Positions 39,737 through 50,082 of a DNA stretch of 64,000 nt are shown piece by piece. The notes beneath the pieces are model-generated. The model was given only the letters and a program-made list of their open reading frames with translations. It was not told where the DNA came from and searched no databases. Made by a program: the position numbers and the translations under genes. Numbering within the stretch: position 1 is the stretch's first letter; every line of letters starts with the position of its first letter. The stretch lies in the sequence record SRR31156797_10522. One strand, 5' to 3'.

Positions 39737-41422
39737 TTACTTATTAATAGCATGTAAACCAATGCTACCATCTAAAATACCTGCGTACTCATTTGTATTT
39801 TCTAGTACCTCAATGGCTTTGTTTAACGTTTTATCTTCACGCAAACTAAATTCAATTCCACCTTTCTGATAATGGAATCTTTTTACGATTTCGTGAGCTA
39901 ACAAATCCGAAATTTCATCTTTAAACCTCTTCAAGTCACGATCTAAATTTGGTGCTAGTTTTGCTTCTAAAGCGGCAAATTCTTCATTCGAAATCTCAAA
40001 GTACTTTTCTTCTTTAGCCGATTTCTTTAATGCATCCAAAATTTCGGTACTTTCCGACTTGTATTTGAATTCATTCTCTTTGATATATTTGGTGAAGTTT
40101 TCAAACTCTTCATTACTCAATTTGAATTCTTTAGCAGATGGAATACTTTCCTTAGCATTTGCATATAAGGTAGCGTAATCAAAAATCATAAAGTTGCGAA
40201 TCAAATTGACAGTTAGACTGCTATACAGTTCTGTTTCAATTTTAATATCAGGAAGAATTCCACCACCATCGTACACCGAACGACCATTTTTAGTATGGTA
40301 TTCTGTCATTAAGGAATCAGCAATTTTACCAACGCTTCCGTCATCATTTCTATTGCTGTAATCCAAAGCCTGAATACATCTTCCGCTAGGAATGTAATAC
40401 TTTGCTGTTGTTACCTTTAATTTGGCGTTATAGGTCAAATTACGTGTTGTTTGAACCAATCCCTTACCAAATGTTCGATTACCTATTACAACGCCTCTAT
40501 CGAGATCTTGAATGGCACCCGAAACAATTTCAGAAGCTGAAGCAGATCCACGATTTACCAATACAGCAATTGGAATTTCAGCATCCATAGGAGTTTTGCT
40601 TGCTTTATAGCTTTTGTCCCATTTCGAAACTTTACCTTTTGTGCTAACAATGTTTTCACCCTTGTTCACAAATAGGTTTACAATTTCAATTGCCTGATCA
40701 AGCAATCCTCCAGGGTTTCCTCTTAAATCCAATACAATTGATTTTGCATTTTGTGCTTTCAAATCTTTTAATGCAGCTTTAATCTCACCTGCAGCTTTAT
40801 TTGTAAACTGATTCAAATGAATGTATCCAATAGAATCGGTCACCATTCCGTAGTAAGGAACTGATTTCAGCTGAATTTTTTCACGAACCAATTTCTTTTC
40901 CATGGTTTTATTGATACCCGGACGCTTAATTTTTATAGTAAGGGGAACATTAGGTTGACCTTTTAAAAGATTGCTAACATCTTCGGTATTTTTCTTCAGA
41001 ACTTTAGTTCCGTTAATCTCAAGCATAACATCACCTGCTTTTAAGCCAGCTTTGTAAGCAGGAAAACCTTCGTAAGGCTCGGCAATAATAACTTCATCTT
41101 TATGCTTGCTAATTAGTGCACCAATACCGGCATATTCGCCTGTTGTCATCAATTTAAAGTCTTCAATTTCAGATTCGGAGATGTAAGTGGTATAAGGATC
41201 AAGAGAACCTAGCATGGCATCCATACTTTTTTTAACCAAATCTCCCGGATCAATTTCATCCACATAGAAAAGGTTCAATTCTCTAAATAATGTGTAGTAA
41301 ATATTCAGATTTTTACTGATTTCAAAATTTCTCTCATCCCTGCTAAAACCCCAGAATGCCGCACTACAAAATAGTAATAAGGCAAGCATCCAAATGGCTC
41401 CTCTTTTTCCTTGAAGCTTCAT
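39737..41422 (-). CDS. S41 family C-terminal processing peptidase (CtpA/Prc-like)
   Basis: LDPYT, PDZ, LDLRGNPGG, SASASEIVSG, TFGKGLVQ; start re-called at ATG 41422. Confidence 0.93.
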   Translation of the reverse strand: MKLQGKRGAIWMLALLLFCSAAFWGFSRDERNFEISKNLNIYYTLFRELNLFYVDEIDPGDLVKKSMDAMLGSLDPYTTYISESEIEDFKLMTTGEYAGIGALISKHKDEVIIAEPYEGFPAYKAGLKAGDVMLEINGTKVLKKNTEDVSNLLKGQPNVPLTIKIKRPGINKTMEKKLVREKIQLKSVPYYGMVTDSIGYIHLNQFTNKAAGEIKAALKDLKAQNAKSIVLDLRGNPGGLLDQAIEIVNLFVNKGENIVSTKGKVSKWDKSYKASKTPMDAEIPIAVLVNRGSASASEIVSGAIQDLDRGVVIGNRTFGKGLVQTTRNLTYNAKLKVTTAKYYIPSGRCIQALDYSNRNDDGSVGKIADSLMTEYHTKNGRSVYDGGGILPDIKIETELYSSLTVNLIRNFMIFDYATLYANAKESIPSAKEFKLSNEEFENFTKYIKENEFKYKSESTEILDALKKSAKEEKYFEISNEEFAALEAKLAPNLDRDLKRFKDEISDLLAHEIVKRFHYQKGGIEFSLREDKTLNKAIEVLENTNEYAGILDGSIGLHAINK

Positions 41423-41674
41423 ATATTTTCTTTTAAATTGATATTTTAAATTAACCCTTCGCGAAGTTATCTCCAGCACGAATTTACAAATTCGAAGTAA
41501 ACAAAATTCTTAGTAGGTGAAACAAATATAATTAATCCATTCCTAAAATTGTTCGCTTTAACATTTCTTAACCCTATACTACTGGTTAACAATCACTATA
41601 CCAAAAATCAACATGGCTAATAGTAATGTACGAAATATTATTAAGAATTGTTCTGAATAGGATGCAATCTTTGA

Positions 41675-41917
41675 TTAAGGTACTGGATCGTGACCATGAC
41701 CACCCCAGGGATTGCAGGATAAAATTCTTTTAATGGCAAGATATGATCCTTTAACAGGACCATGTTTTTTTAAAGCTTGAATTGCATATGATGAGCAGGT
41801 AGGAGTATACCTGCATGCCGAAGGTGTAAGAGGAGATATGAAATACTGATAGAATTTAATCGGCAGTACCATTATGAACAGAATCATCTTTTTCAGACCG
41901 TTTAGAATGCTTTTCAT
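41675..41917 (-). CDS. yidD: Membrane protein insertion efficiency factor YidD
   Basis: [31 protein letters not shown]. Confidence 0.95.
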   Translation of the reverse strand: MKSILNGLKKMILFIMVLPIKFYQYFISPLTPSACRYTPTCSSYAIQALKKHGPVKGSYLAIKRILSCNPWGGHGHDPVP

Positions 41918-42302
41918 ATTCTTTAGGTATTCGTTGTAAAGCTTTTATCAGCTTACCTTCCATTTTCTTTGTATCAAGAATTTCTTTAGATAGATAAACA
42001 ATCATAAAAGCGATTTGAGTATCTTTTTTTTCTATTTCCTGATAAAAAGTATGCTTGTTCAATCTGTAAATTTCTCGGATTCTTCTTTTTAGCAGATTGC
42101 GCTTAACAGCATGCTTAAAGTTACGTTTCGAAACCGTAATTGCAACTTGTGCAGGATAATCAGAATGAAGTTTAGCCTCTTTCCAAACAATCCTAAAAGG
42201 ATAACATGTAAAACCGTTTCCTTCAGAAAATAGTTTGCCTATAAGAATCTTATGAGTTAATCTTTCAGCTTTTTCAAAAGTAAAACGAATGTTACGAGTC
42301 AT
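41856..42302 (-). CDS. rnpA: Ribonuclease P protein component
   Basis: [33 protein letters not shown]. Confidence 0.92.
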   Translation of the reverse strand: MTRNIRFTFEKAERLTHKILIGKLFSEGNGFTCYPFRIVWKEAKLHSDYPAQVAITVSKRNFKHAVKRNLLKRRIREIYRLNKHTFYQEIEKKDTQIAFMIVYLSKEILDTKKMEGKLIKALQRIPKEYEKHSKRSEKDDSVHNGTAD

Positions 42303-42317
42303 ATTACAAAAATCGAC

Positions 42318-42343
42318 AAAAAAAGGGGAAATATTTTCCCCTT
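42318..42343 (-). terminator. Terminator after hemD
   Basis: aaggggaa ... ttcccctt with an A-tract on the left (U-tract on minus strand). Confidence 0.6.
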
Positions 42344-42367
42344 CCTATTTTTTATATTGATACAAGA

Positions 42368-43126
42368 CTATTTGTCTTTATTTTCTTTATTGTATTTCTT
42401 AATAAACTGATCCAAAGCCATTGTCATAGAAGGAGCTTGTGGCATTGGAGCTTGAATATCAAGTCTTAGTTTAGCATCACTAACAGCTTTTGAAGTCGCA
42501 GGACCAAAGGCAGCAAGAATAGTGTTGTTTTGTTCAAATTCCGGGAAATTTTGTAATAATGAAGTAATTCCTGAAGGACTGTAGAAAGCTAAAATGTCAT
42601 AATTAACATCAGCTAAATCCGAAAGATCACTACTTACGGTACGATACAAAATCGCCTTAGTGTACTTAATCTTACTCTTATCTAAAAGAGTAGGGATTGA
42701 TTGTTTGTGAATATCTGAAAGAGGAATCAGGAATTTTTCTGATTTATGCTTTACAATGATATCCATTAACTCTTCAAATCGTCTTTCACCGAAGAAAATT
42801 TTACGTTTTCTATAAACGATGTATTTTTGCAAATAGAAAGCCGTTGATTCCGAAATACAGAAATATTTCATATCATCAGGAACGGTTACTCTAAGTTCCT
42901 CACATACTCTGAAGAAGTGATCAATTGCTGTTCTGCTGGTAAAGATCACAGCAGTGTGGTCCAATATGTTGATCCGCTCCTGTCTAAAATCTTTGGCTGA
43001 AATGCCTTCTACTTGGATAAAAGGGCGAAAATCAATTTTCAAATTGTATTTTTCTGCCAAATCAAAATAAGGTGACTTTTCGGTTTGAGGTTTAGGTTGT
43101 GAAACCAGTATAGTCTTGATTTTCAA
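42368..43126 (-). CDS. hemD: Uroporphyrinogen-III synthase (Bacteroidota HemD-like)
   Basis: ILVSQPKP, FRPFIQVEG, IFTSRTAIDHFF, YRTVSSDL, FYSPSGI. Confidence 0.85.
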   Translation of the reverse strand: MKIKTILVSQPKPQTEKSPYFDLAEKYNLKIDFRPFIQVEGISAKDFRQERINILDHTAVIFTSRTAIDHFFRVCEELRVTVPDDMKYFCISESTAFYLQKYIVYRKRKIFFGERRFEELMDIIVKHKSEKFLIPLSDIHKQSIPTLLDKSKIKYTKAILYRTVSSDLSDLADVNYDILAFYSPSGITSLLQNFPEFEQNNTILAAFGPATSKAVSDAKLRLDIQAPMPQAPSMTMALDQFIKKYNKENKDK

Positions 43127-43163
43127 AATACTAAGGTTTAGTTCAACAATTCATTACACCGCC

Positions 43164-44162
43164 TCAGGCTACTGATAATAACAGTTTGTAAATCACTAGC
43201 AAGGGCAAAATTTCCAAGGCACAAAGGTACAAAATCATATAAAATATTGAAACATGTTTGCGAAATAATATTTTAATACCTCTAAATAGTCTGAATAAGA
43301 AGAAAATTAAACTGATAATTATACCCGTATTAAGTAATAAAGAAGATGCATATTCAGCGATAAAAGGAACACTTAAAGTAATAGGTAAGAGAATCATTGC
43401 CAGGTTTTTATTGTAGATAAAAACAGTGTGAAGATACTCTTTGGCTTCTTTACTTCCTTTAAAAACATACCCAAGACTCCTAACAACGATTATTTTACCA
43501 AGATATAAAATACACAAGCCAATTAATGCATAAACATAAAAAGCAAATGAGATTTTATTATCACTTCCATCCATAAAATGATTGTAATATTGAACTACAA
43601 ACAATGAGGCATTTACGAAAAACAGAGAATTTAGAAAAATGCTTCCTCTTAAGTTTCGCATGTTTTTTTCAAGGAATAAATTATTTGAACTTTGATAATT
43701 AAGTACTGAATCTATTACTCTATAAAGATATTTCCCAAAGGAAAATCGAACAATTGCGATAAGAATCAAAACCAGTAAACAAATAGGAATCATCCAATCA
43801 TTTTGAGATGCAGTAATTAAATTACCTTTTTCACCAATAGGTTTTATTTCTACTGTTTCAGTTTTGATGTTTTGAGTTGAATCTGTGGTTATAGTATCTG
43901 ATATTATCGTATTTTTTAAAGTAGAACTTGTAGTGCCTTGATTAATTTCAACTTTTGCAGAATTTAGAGTTTGGATTGTTTTTGTTTGTTTTTCGTTTGT
44001 ATTTCTACTCATATAACTTTTCGAAACACTTCTTACCGGACCAATTTGGTTGAGAACAATCTTACCTGTTGGTAATGCTTTAAAGTTGAAATTAATTGTA
44101 ACAGGAGATATTTGGAATACCGTTGAATCTACAGATGAATAAGTTGTGTTGTAAGAGGTCAT
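43164..44162 (-). CDS. DUF4271 domain membrane protein
   Basis: C-terminal ILYLCALEILP, multiple TMs, usual position upstream of hemD. Confidence 0.8.
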   Translation of the reverse strand: MTSYNTTYSSVDSTVFQISPVTINFNFKALPTGKIVLNQIGPVRSVSKSYMSRNTNEKQTKTIQTLNSAKVEINQGTTSSTLKNTIISDTITTDSTQNIKTETVEIKPIGEKGNLITASQNDWMIPICLLVLILIAIVRFSFGKYLYRVIDSVLNYQSSNNLFLEKNMRNLRGSIFLNSLFFVNASLFVVQYYNHFMDGSDNKISFAFYVYALIGLCILYLGKIIVVRSLGYVFKGSKEAKEYLHTVFIYNKNLAMILLPITLSVPFIAEYASSLLLNTGIIISLIFFLFRLFRGIKILFRKHVSIFYMILYLCALEILPLLVIYKLLLSVA

Positions 44163-44191
44163 ACTTTATAGGGAACAAATACTAAATTATA

Positions 44192-44199
44192 CAAAGATA
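44192..44199 (-). promoter_or_regulatory. -7 promoter element of DUF4271-hemD
   Basis: Minus strand TATCTTTG. Confidence 0.55.
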
Positions 44200-44229
44200 A
44201 TTTTATTTTTTTTGTGGATGGAAAACTGT

Positions 44230-44263
44230 AAAAAGAAAGCCCGTAAAATTTTACGAGCTTTCT
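44230..44263 (-). terminator. Terminator after the acid phosphatase gene
   Basis: agaaagcccgtaa ... ttacgagctttct with A-tract on the left. Confidence 0.7.
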
Positions 44264-44269
44264 GTATTT

Positions 44270-45079
44270 TTATAATTCTTCGTATCCAATTAACCTTTTT
44301 TTACGAAGTATTTCTTTCTCGCTCGGAGATAATTTTTTGTCACTTTTTAAGACTTGCTTTTCCCATGATCCATACATTGGGTTAGGTAAAACTATAAATC
44401 TATTTCCAAATTGATTTTTCATCTCGTCTACTTTTGAAAACCCATAATTTTCTGATCGATCTTCTAAGAATTCGTCAAAGTCACCAACATTATCACCAGC
44501 TAATATTAGAATTTCATGAGTTTTACTTACAATATTTCGACGAACAGTTTTTATACTAGTATTACTTTTTAGCAAAATATGATCTTTATCTGCAAAAGGA
44601 AAGCCAAGTTTTTGAAGGTTTTTCAAAGATATAGCAGTTGCAGAGGTATCTCGATTAGATATGTAGAAGGTTTCAACACCTTTAGATTTTGCATAGTTCA
44701 GAAATTCCAGAGAGCCTGGTGTTGCATTTGCCTCGGCTTTATCAACCCATTCTTTCCAAGCGGCTGGAGTAAATGTTTTTGCAGTACGAATTGAATTGGT
44801 TTCAAATGGACTGTTGTCAAGTACGGTTTCATCAATATCAACGACAATAGCTTTGGGTTTCGAGTTGTTCGAACTGTTAGCCAACTGATTGTCCAAGGAC
44901 ATTTTTGCCATATTAAACGCTTGATAGTAAAGAGCGCGACATTCTGATGCTCTTTGATACCAAAGAGTGGACATGACCAAATGTTCATTTGGGTTTTGGG
45001 TTTCTACTGGTTTATTTTCTGTATTTTGACATGAAAATAATCCACACGAAATTAATAAGACAAGAAATATTTTTCTCAT
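44270..45079 (-). CDS. 5'-nucleotidase, lipoprotein e(P4) family (class C acid phosphatase)
   Basis: FSC lipobox, LYYQAFN, VDIDETVLDNSP, GDNVGDF, LPNPMYGSWE. Confidence 0.94.
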   Translation of the reverse strand: MRKIFLVLLISCGLFSCQNTENKPVETQNPNEHLVMSTLWYQRASECRALYYQAFNMAKMSLDNQLANSSNNSKPKAIVVDIDETVLDNSPFETNSIRTAKTFTPAAWKEWVDKAEANATPGSLEFLNYAKSKGVETFYISNRDTSATAISLKNLQKLGFPFADKDHILLKSNTSIKTVRRNIVSKTHEILILAGDNVGDFDEFLEDRSENYGFSKVDEMKNQFGNRFIVLPNPMYGSWEKQVLKSDKKLSPSEKEILRKKRLIGYEEL

Positions 45080-45182
45080 TTCGAATAGTGTTTTAATTTT
45101 AATATTTCAATCTGAAATATTGATTCAAATAATTCGGAGTGGAGATAAAATGGAAATTAATTCGAAGATAATAAAAATTGCT

Positions 45183-45209
45183 TGTAACATTTCACAATGT
45201 CTAACCGTC
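45183..45209 (+). promoter_or_regulatory. Putative ECF-sigma promoter (TGTAAC-N17-CGTC)
   Basis: tgtaac 45183-45188, cgtc 45206-45209, upstream of the ECF sigma gene; repeated at 46783. Confidence 0.6.
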
Positions 45210-45230
45210 ATAGAATCGAAACTGACCTAA

Positions 45231-45716
45231 ATGAACTCTGTACAGTACAATAAAAGTGTAGACTTATATGCCGATGGCATGTTTCGCTTTATCCTCAAAA
45301 ACATTAAAGATGAGGATAAAGCACGTGACATAGTACAAGATAGTTTCGAGAAATTGTGGAGAAACATTGAAAATGTAAATCATCTGAAAGTAAAATCGTA
45401 TTTGTTTACTACGGCATATCATACCATGATAGATATGATAAGACGTGAGAAAAGAAAAGAAGATTTTGAGAATGTCGATGTAAAAGAATATTCACATTCG
45501 ATACAATACAGTGATTTAAAAGAAGTTTTGGATGAAGCTCTTGAAAAATTATCAGAAATACAGCGATCAGTTGTATTACTTAGAGATTATGAAGGATACT
45601 CATATGCAGAAATCGCTAAAATTACAGATTTAACTGAATCACAAGTGAAAGTTTATATCTACAGAGCGAGGAAACATTTGAAAAATTATATTGGTAGCAT
45701 TGAGACTTTAGTATAA
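45231..45716 (+). CDS. ECF RNA polymerase sigma factor
   Basis: DIVQDSFEKLW region 2; LRDYEGYSYAEIA..QVKVYIYRARK region 4. Confidence 0.95.
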   Translation: MNSVQYNKSVDLYADGMFRFILKNIKDEDKARDIVQDSFEKLWRNIENVNHLKVKSYLFTTAYHTMIDMIRREKRKEDFENVDVKEYSHSIQYSDLKEVLDEALEKLSEIQRSVVLLRDYEGYSYAEIAKITDLTESQVKVYIYRARKHLKNYIGSIETLV

Positions 45717-45726
45717 ATAATCAGAG

Positions 45727-46773
45727 ATGAGAGAAATTAGCAAATACAATTATGAAGAGTTCTTCCTGGATTTTATGGAAGGAAATCTGAGTACTTCAGA
45801 ATTGTCTGCTTTGGAGGATTTCTTGGATTTACATCCGGAATTGAAAGAAGAGTTTGAGGAGATGAGTCTTATTGAGTTAGTTGAAGAAGAGGTTGAATTC
45901 GATAAATCGTCACTTAAGGAACTGCCATATAAAACCGATTTTGATCATTTCTGTATTTCAAAACTCGAGGGTGATTTGAGTCAAGAGGAAGAAATAGGCT
46001 TTGATAAGTTTTTAAATGCTGAAGATTCGCGAAAAGTTCAATTTGCAACATACGAGAAAGTAAAGCTCAAGTCTGATTTAAATGTACTGTACCCAAATAA
46101 GAGTGAGCTTAAGAAAAATAATAGAAAAATTATACCCTATTGGTTGCTTTCCGGAGCAGGTATAGCTGCTTCTTTATTGCTATTAATTTCTGTTTGGAAT
46201 TCTTCGAGCGAAAATGAACACATTCAGATGCCATCACAGAAAATGGTTCAAAAAGAAAATCAGGATTTAAAAACTGACCAAGAATCGGAGGATCAAAAAG
46301 AACAAATTGCTGTTAATGATGATTCTAAGAAAAATCAAATTGAAGAGTTGATAGAAAAAAAAGAAGGTATTATTTCAAAAAATCATTTAAAAGAAACTAG
46401 TTCAGGATTGATTTTGTCTGAAGAAAAGACTGAAAAAGAGGAAGTTGTAAGAATTAGTTTGCCAATTGTGACTTCATCAGCTAAATTAGAATTGATTGCT
46501 AATGCAGATATTGCTAATTCAAACATTTCAGTTGTGAAGAAATCCATATCAAATAGTGGATTGTCAAAACTAGGAATGTCATGGAAATCAAGTATTCCAG
46601 ATAAGAAAAAATCAAATTCATTACTATATGCGGTGGCAAAGATGGGGGTGAATAAACTTGGAGAAATAGCAGGAAAGAAGATACAATTGGAAAAAAAATA
46701 CGATTCAAAAACTGAAAAAACACGATTGAATTTTAATTCTGCAGGATTAGGATTCTCAACTACAGTAAAATAA
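45727..46773 (+). CDS. Putative anti-sigma factor (single TM)
   Basis: NYEEFFLDFMEGNLS N-terminus, TM IAASLLLLI, directly downstream of the ECF sigma. Confidence 0.65.
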   Translation: MREISKYNYEEFFLDFMEGNLSTSELSALEDFLDLHPELKEEFEEMSLIELVEEEVEFDKSSLKELPYKTDFDHFCISKLEGDLSQEEEIGFDKFLNAEDSRKVQFATYEKVKLKSDLNVLYPNKSELKKNNRKIIPYWLLSGAGIAASLLLLISVWNSSSENEHIQMPSQKMVQKENQDLKTDQESEDQKEQIAVNDDSKKNQIEELIEKKEGIISKNHLKETSSGLILSEEKTEKEEVVRISLPIVTSSAKLELIANADIANSNISVVKKSISNSGLSKLGMSWKSSIPDKKKSNSLLYAVAKMGVNKLGEIAGKKIQLEKKYDSKTEKTRLNFNSAGLGFSTTVK

Positions 46774-46782
46774 TTGGTAAGC

Positions 46783-46808
46783 TGTAACTATTCTGCAACA
46801 GCTTCGTC
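46783..46808 (+). promoter_or_regulatory. Putative ECF-sigma promoter (TGTAAC-N16-CGTC)
   Basis: tgtaac 46783-46788, cgtc 46805-46808. Confidence 0.6.
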
Positions 46809-46838
46809 TTACTCTTAGAAATCAGAAAATTTAACACT

Positions 46839-47903
46839 ATGAAAAGAATATTACTTATATTCCTGGCTTGCACAGTATGCTTGGGAACTTACGCACAGAA
46901 TACTATTGATACTTTAAAAACTGATACAGTTAAGAAAAAGATCATAATTAAAGACAATTGGTCGAATAAAAAGGAGAAGGTAAAACCTGAGAAAAAGAAT
47001 GTTTATTATCATTCAACCAATTCAGATACAACTAAGGTTGAGTTTATGAATAAAGACCTTGTTAAGGTTGTAGAACTTGAAAATGGAGGAAAAGTAAAAG
47101 TTGGTAAGATTGGAAAATTTGCGTATCAGCAGGGGAGAGATACCACTAAAATCCGAATTGGAGGAAAACAGATTAACATTATTGATGGCTGGCATGGAAC
47201 AAGAGTAAGAATCGAAAAAGTACATCCTTGGGATCCAAATCAGGATAAATTCTTTTTAGATAAAGAACCTGAATTTAGAGGTCATTGGGCAGGTTTCGAA
47301 ATGGGAGTTAATGGTTTTGCCGATGAAGATTATACTGGTTATGCTTATGATTTTATGGAATTGGATATGGCAAAATCAATAGCGGTAAATCTTAATTTTT
47401 TGCAATATGATATAAGCTTACAAAAAGAAAGAAATACTATAGGTTTAGTAACCGGTTTAGGTTTAGAATGGAACAATTATCGTTTTGATAATGATATTAC
47501 TTTGGTTAAGGATGCTAATAGAAAAATTCAACCATTAGATTTGAATACAACCTATCCAGATTGGGATGTAAAGAAGACCAAGCTTACATCTTTGTATTTA
47601 ACAGTTCCTTTACTTTTGGAGTTTCAGATTCCTGTAAAATATAAAAAGAGACGAGTTCATATGTCGGCTGGTGTTGTTGGTGGCTTAAGAATAGGTTCGC
47701 ATACCAAAGTAAAACACAATGGTAAAAAGGATAAGGATCATGATGATTTTAATTTAAAAACACTTCGTTATTCTGCGCAAGCAAGAATAGGTTATCGATC
47801 GTTGAATTTCTTTGCTACTTATGGATTAACAGAATTGTTTGATAAAAATGATGGCCCTAAATTAACTCCTTATACGGTAGGGATTACATTAATTACATTT
47901 TAA
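46839..47903 (+). CDS. Outer membrane beta-barrel (porin-like) protein
   Basis: Signal peptide, HWAGFEMG, YLTVPLLLEFQ, C-terminal Phe. Confidence 0.8.
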   Translation: MKRILLIFLACTVCLGTYAQNTIDTLKTDTVKKKIIIKDNWSNKKEKVKPEKKNVYYHSTNSDTTKVEFMNKDLVKVVELENGGKVKVGKIGKFAYQQGRDTTKIRIGGKQINIIDGWHGTRVRIEKVHPWDPNQDKFFLDKEPEFRGHWAGFEMGVNGFADEDYTGYAYDFMELDMAKSIAVNLNFLQYDISLQKERNTIGLVTGLGLEWNNYRFDNDITLVKDANRKIQPLDLNTTYPDWDVKKTKLTSLYLTVPLLLEFQIPVKYKKRRVHMSAGVVGGLRIGSHTKVKHNGKKDKDHDDFNLKTLRYSAQARIGYRSLNFFATYGLTELFDKNDGPKLTPYTVGITLITF

Positions 47904-47925
47904 TTCAGTACATAAAGTTATTTTT

Positions 47926-47968
47926 AAAGCTGCTTGAGGGATCTTTTCTTTGGGCAGCTTTTCTTTTC
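47926..47968 (+). terminator. Terminator after the OMP gene
   Basis: aaagctgcttga ... ttgggcagctttt followed by T-rich run. Confidence 0.6.
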
Positions 47969-48028
47969 TATGTGTTTACAACTATTTGTCTAGTTGTTAC
48001 ATCTAGCATAAAATTGTATATTAGAGGC

Positions 48029-50035
48029 ATGAATAAAATGCCCCTAATATTATTAATTTTTATTTGTTCATTTATTATTTTGCCAGGAATTGCGCAGAAT
48101 AAAACAAGTTTAGATAGTCTAAATGAAAGGTTTGAACGAACTGCAGGAAGAGAGAAATTAGAAACTCTTCTTGAACTTAGTAAGGAATATTGGAATATTG
48201 ATCCTGTTGAAGGTATTAAGCTTGCAAAACACGCATTAGGTACTGCACAAACTCTGGAAAGTGAAGAAGAAATTGTAAAGGCTATGTACTATTTAGGTAC
48301 TGCTTATTACATCGATAATCAGTTGGATAATTCCCTTGATTATTTATTACAAGCTCACCAATTTGCTCAAACTCATAATTACGATACTAATACTGCAAAT
48401 ATTAGTCGTCAGCTTGCTATAGTGTACTTTGAATCAGGTAAGCTTGATAGAATGTATACTTATACAATTCAGGCATTGGACATTTATAATTCAGGTAAAG
48501 ATGAATTAGGAATTGCCAGATGTCAGAATTTACTTGGCTTGTATTATAAGGGAGTTAACGAGTACGAAAAAGCAATTGAATACTTCGAGAGCAGTTTAAA
48601 TCTTGGAAAAAAAATTGAAAAGACATCTTTAGTTGGATCCATTTTAAATGATGTAGGAAGTATGTATGCCGAAATGGGAGACACGATTAAGGCAATACAA
48701 ATTTACAACGAAGCAGTTCCTTATCATAAATCTAATGGTAGAAATTTTAAGAGTGGAACTTTTGAACTTACTTTAGCTGATTTGTATGTGCAAAATGGAA
48801 AGTTGCAAAAGGCATCTCTACATTTAAAACAAGGATTTGATATCGCGAGTGATTTAAATTCTAAAAGATTGTTGAGAGATTATTATAGAATATTGGCTGA
48901 TTATGAGATTAAAAAGAATAATAAATCCAATGCCTTAATTGCATATCAAAAACTTCAGGCATATGTTGATTCGGTATCTTTAGGACAGTTAAATAATAAA
49001 ATTGAAGAACTCGATTCTCGTCATGCAATAAGTATTTCGAATCAGGAAAACCAGAGGTTACGAGATAAGAATCAAACACAGGAGTTAAAAATTACTCAAC
49101 AATACATAGTCGGATTGTTAATATTTATCGTACTTCTTATTGCAATATTTATTCTTACAATTCGATATCGAAATAACTTGAAAGATAATGAATTACTATA
49201 TCTGAAAAATAGTTTGGTGAATCAACATCAGGAAGAGTTAATTGATGCAATGAAACGCATAAAAATTAGTGAAGATAAGCTCCGTTTAGCAAACGATACA
49301 AAAGATAAGATGTTCTCTTTAATTGCTCATGATTTGCGAGGTGCAATAGGTAATATCAGCAATGGATTAAGAATGTATCTTGGTGAGGAAGATTTAAATC
49401 TATCAGAAGAAGACAAAGAGGAGTTCTTACAGGCTTTGTTTCATTCATCGGATAGTGCATACGAATTGTTAGAAAATCTTTTGTTTTGGGCTAAAAATCA
49501 AGCCTTAACTTTAACAGCGAATAAGCAAATGGTTGATGCAAGTTCTATTATCAATTCTAATATTGGTTTATTGGGCGATTTGGCTAAAATTAAATCCATA
49601 AATCTGTTTACATCCATTAACCCGAATGTTGAAGTATTTGTTGATTGGAACATGATTAATACGGTTCTTCGCAATCTGATTTCGAATGCAATTAAATTCA
49701 CGAATAAAGATGGCTCAGTTGAGATTAAGTCAGAAATAGGGCAATATTTTGTGAAAATTTCGGTGATTGATAATGGAATTGGCATGCTTCCTGAACAAAT
49801 TGAAAATATCTACGATGGAAAAACTACCGATGGAACTGCAGCTGAGAAAGGAACCGGTTTGGGCTTGACTTTATGTCGTGATTTTTTAATTAAGAATCAT
49901 GGCAAAATGTTGGTCACAAGTAAGGTGGATCATGGAAGTACATTTGCATTCATTATTCCACGTAGACCGATGAATGATGAAAAATATTCTGAATTAGTAG
50001 AAAAAGAACCACTTACTTTCTTAGTAAATAATTAA
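48029..50035 (+). CDS. TPR-containing membrane sensor histidine kinase
   Basis: Signal peptide, TPRs, TM, IAHDLRG, NLISNAIKF, DNGIG, GTGLGL; start ATG 48029 or 48038. Confidence 0.92.
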   Translation: MNKMPLILLIFICSFIILPGIAQNKTSLDSLNERFERTAGREKLETLLELSKEYWNIDPVEGIKLAKHALGTAQTLESEEEIVKAMYYLGTAYYIDNQLDNSLDYLLQAHQFAQTHNYDTNTANISRQLAIVYFESGKLDRMYTYTIQALDIYNSGKDELGIARCQNLLGLYYKGVNEYEKAIEYFESSLNLGKKIEKTSLVGSILNDVGSMYAEMGDTIKAIQIYNEAVPYHKSNGRNFKSGTFELTLADLYVQNGKLQKASLHLKQGFDIASDLNSKRLLRDYYRILADYEIKKNNKSNALIAYQKLQAYVDSVSLGQLNNKIEELDSRHAISISNQENQRLRDKNQTQELKITQQYIVGLLIFIVLLIAIFILTIRYRNNLKDNELLYLKNSLVNQHQEELIDAMKRIKISEDKLRLANDTKDKMFSLIAHDLRGAIGNISNGLRMYLGEEDLNLSEEDKEEFLQALFHSSDSAYELLENLLFWAKNQALTLTANKQMVDASSIINSNIGLLGDLAKIKSINLFTSINPNVEVFVDWNMINTVLRNLISNAIKFTNKDGSVEIKSEIGQYFVKISVIDNGIGMLPEQIENIYDGKTTDGTAAEKGTGLGLTLCRDFLIKNHGKMLVTSKVDHGSTFAFIIPRRPMNDEKYSELVEKEPLTFLVNN

Positions 50036-50082
50036 ATTTAGAGCTGATAATTCACATCAGCTTAAACTAAAATTAGATACTA

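Noticed and set aside
47978-47997. acaacta-N6-tagttgt palindrome before the TPR histidine kinase
   Set aside because: 7-bp arms, single instance; not distinguishable from chance
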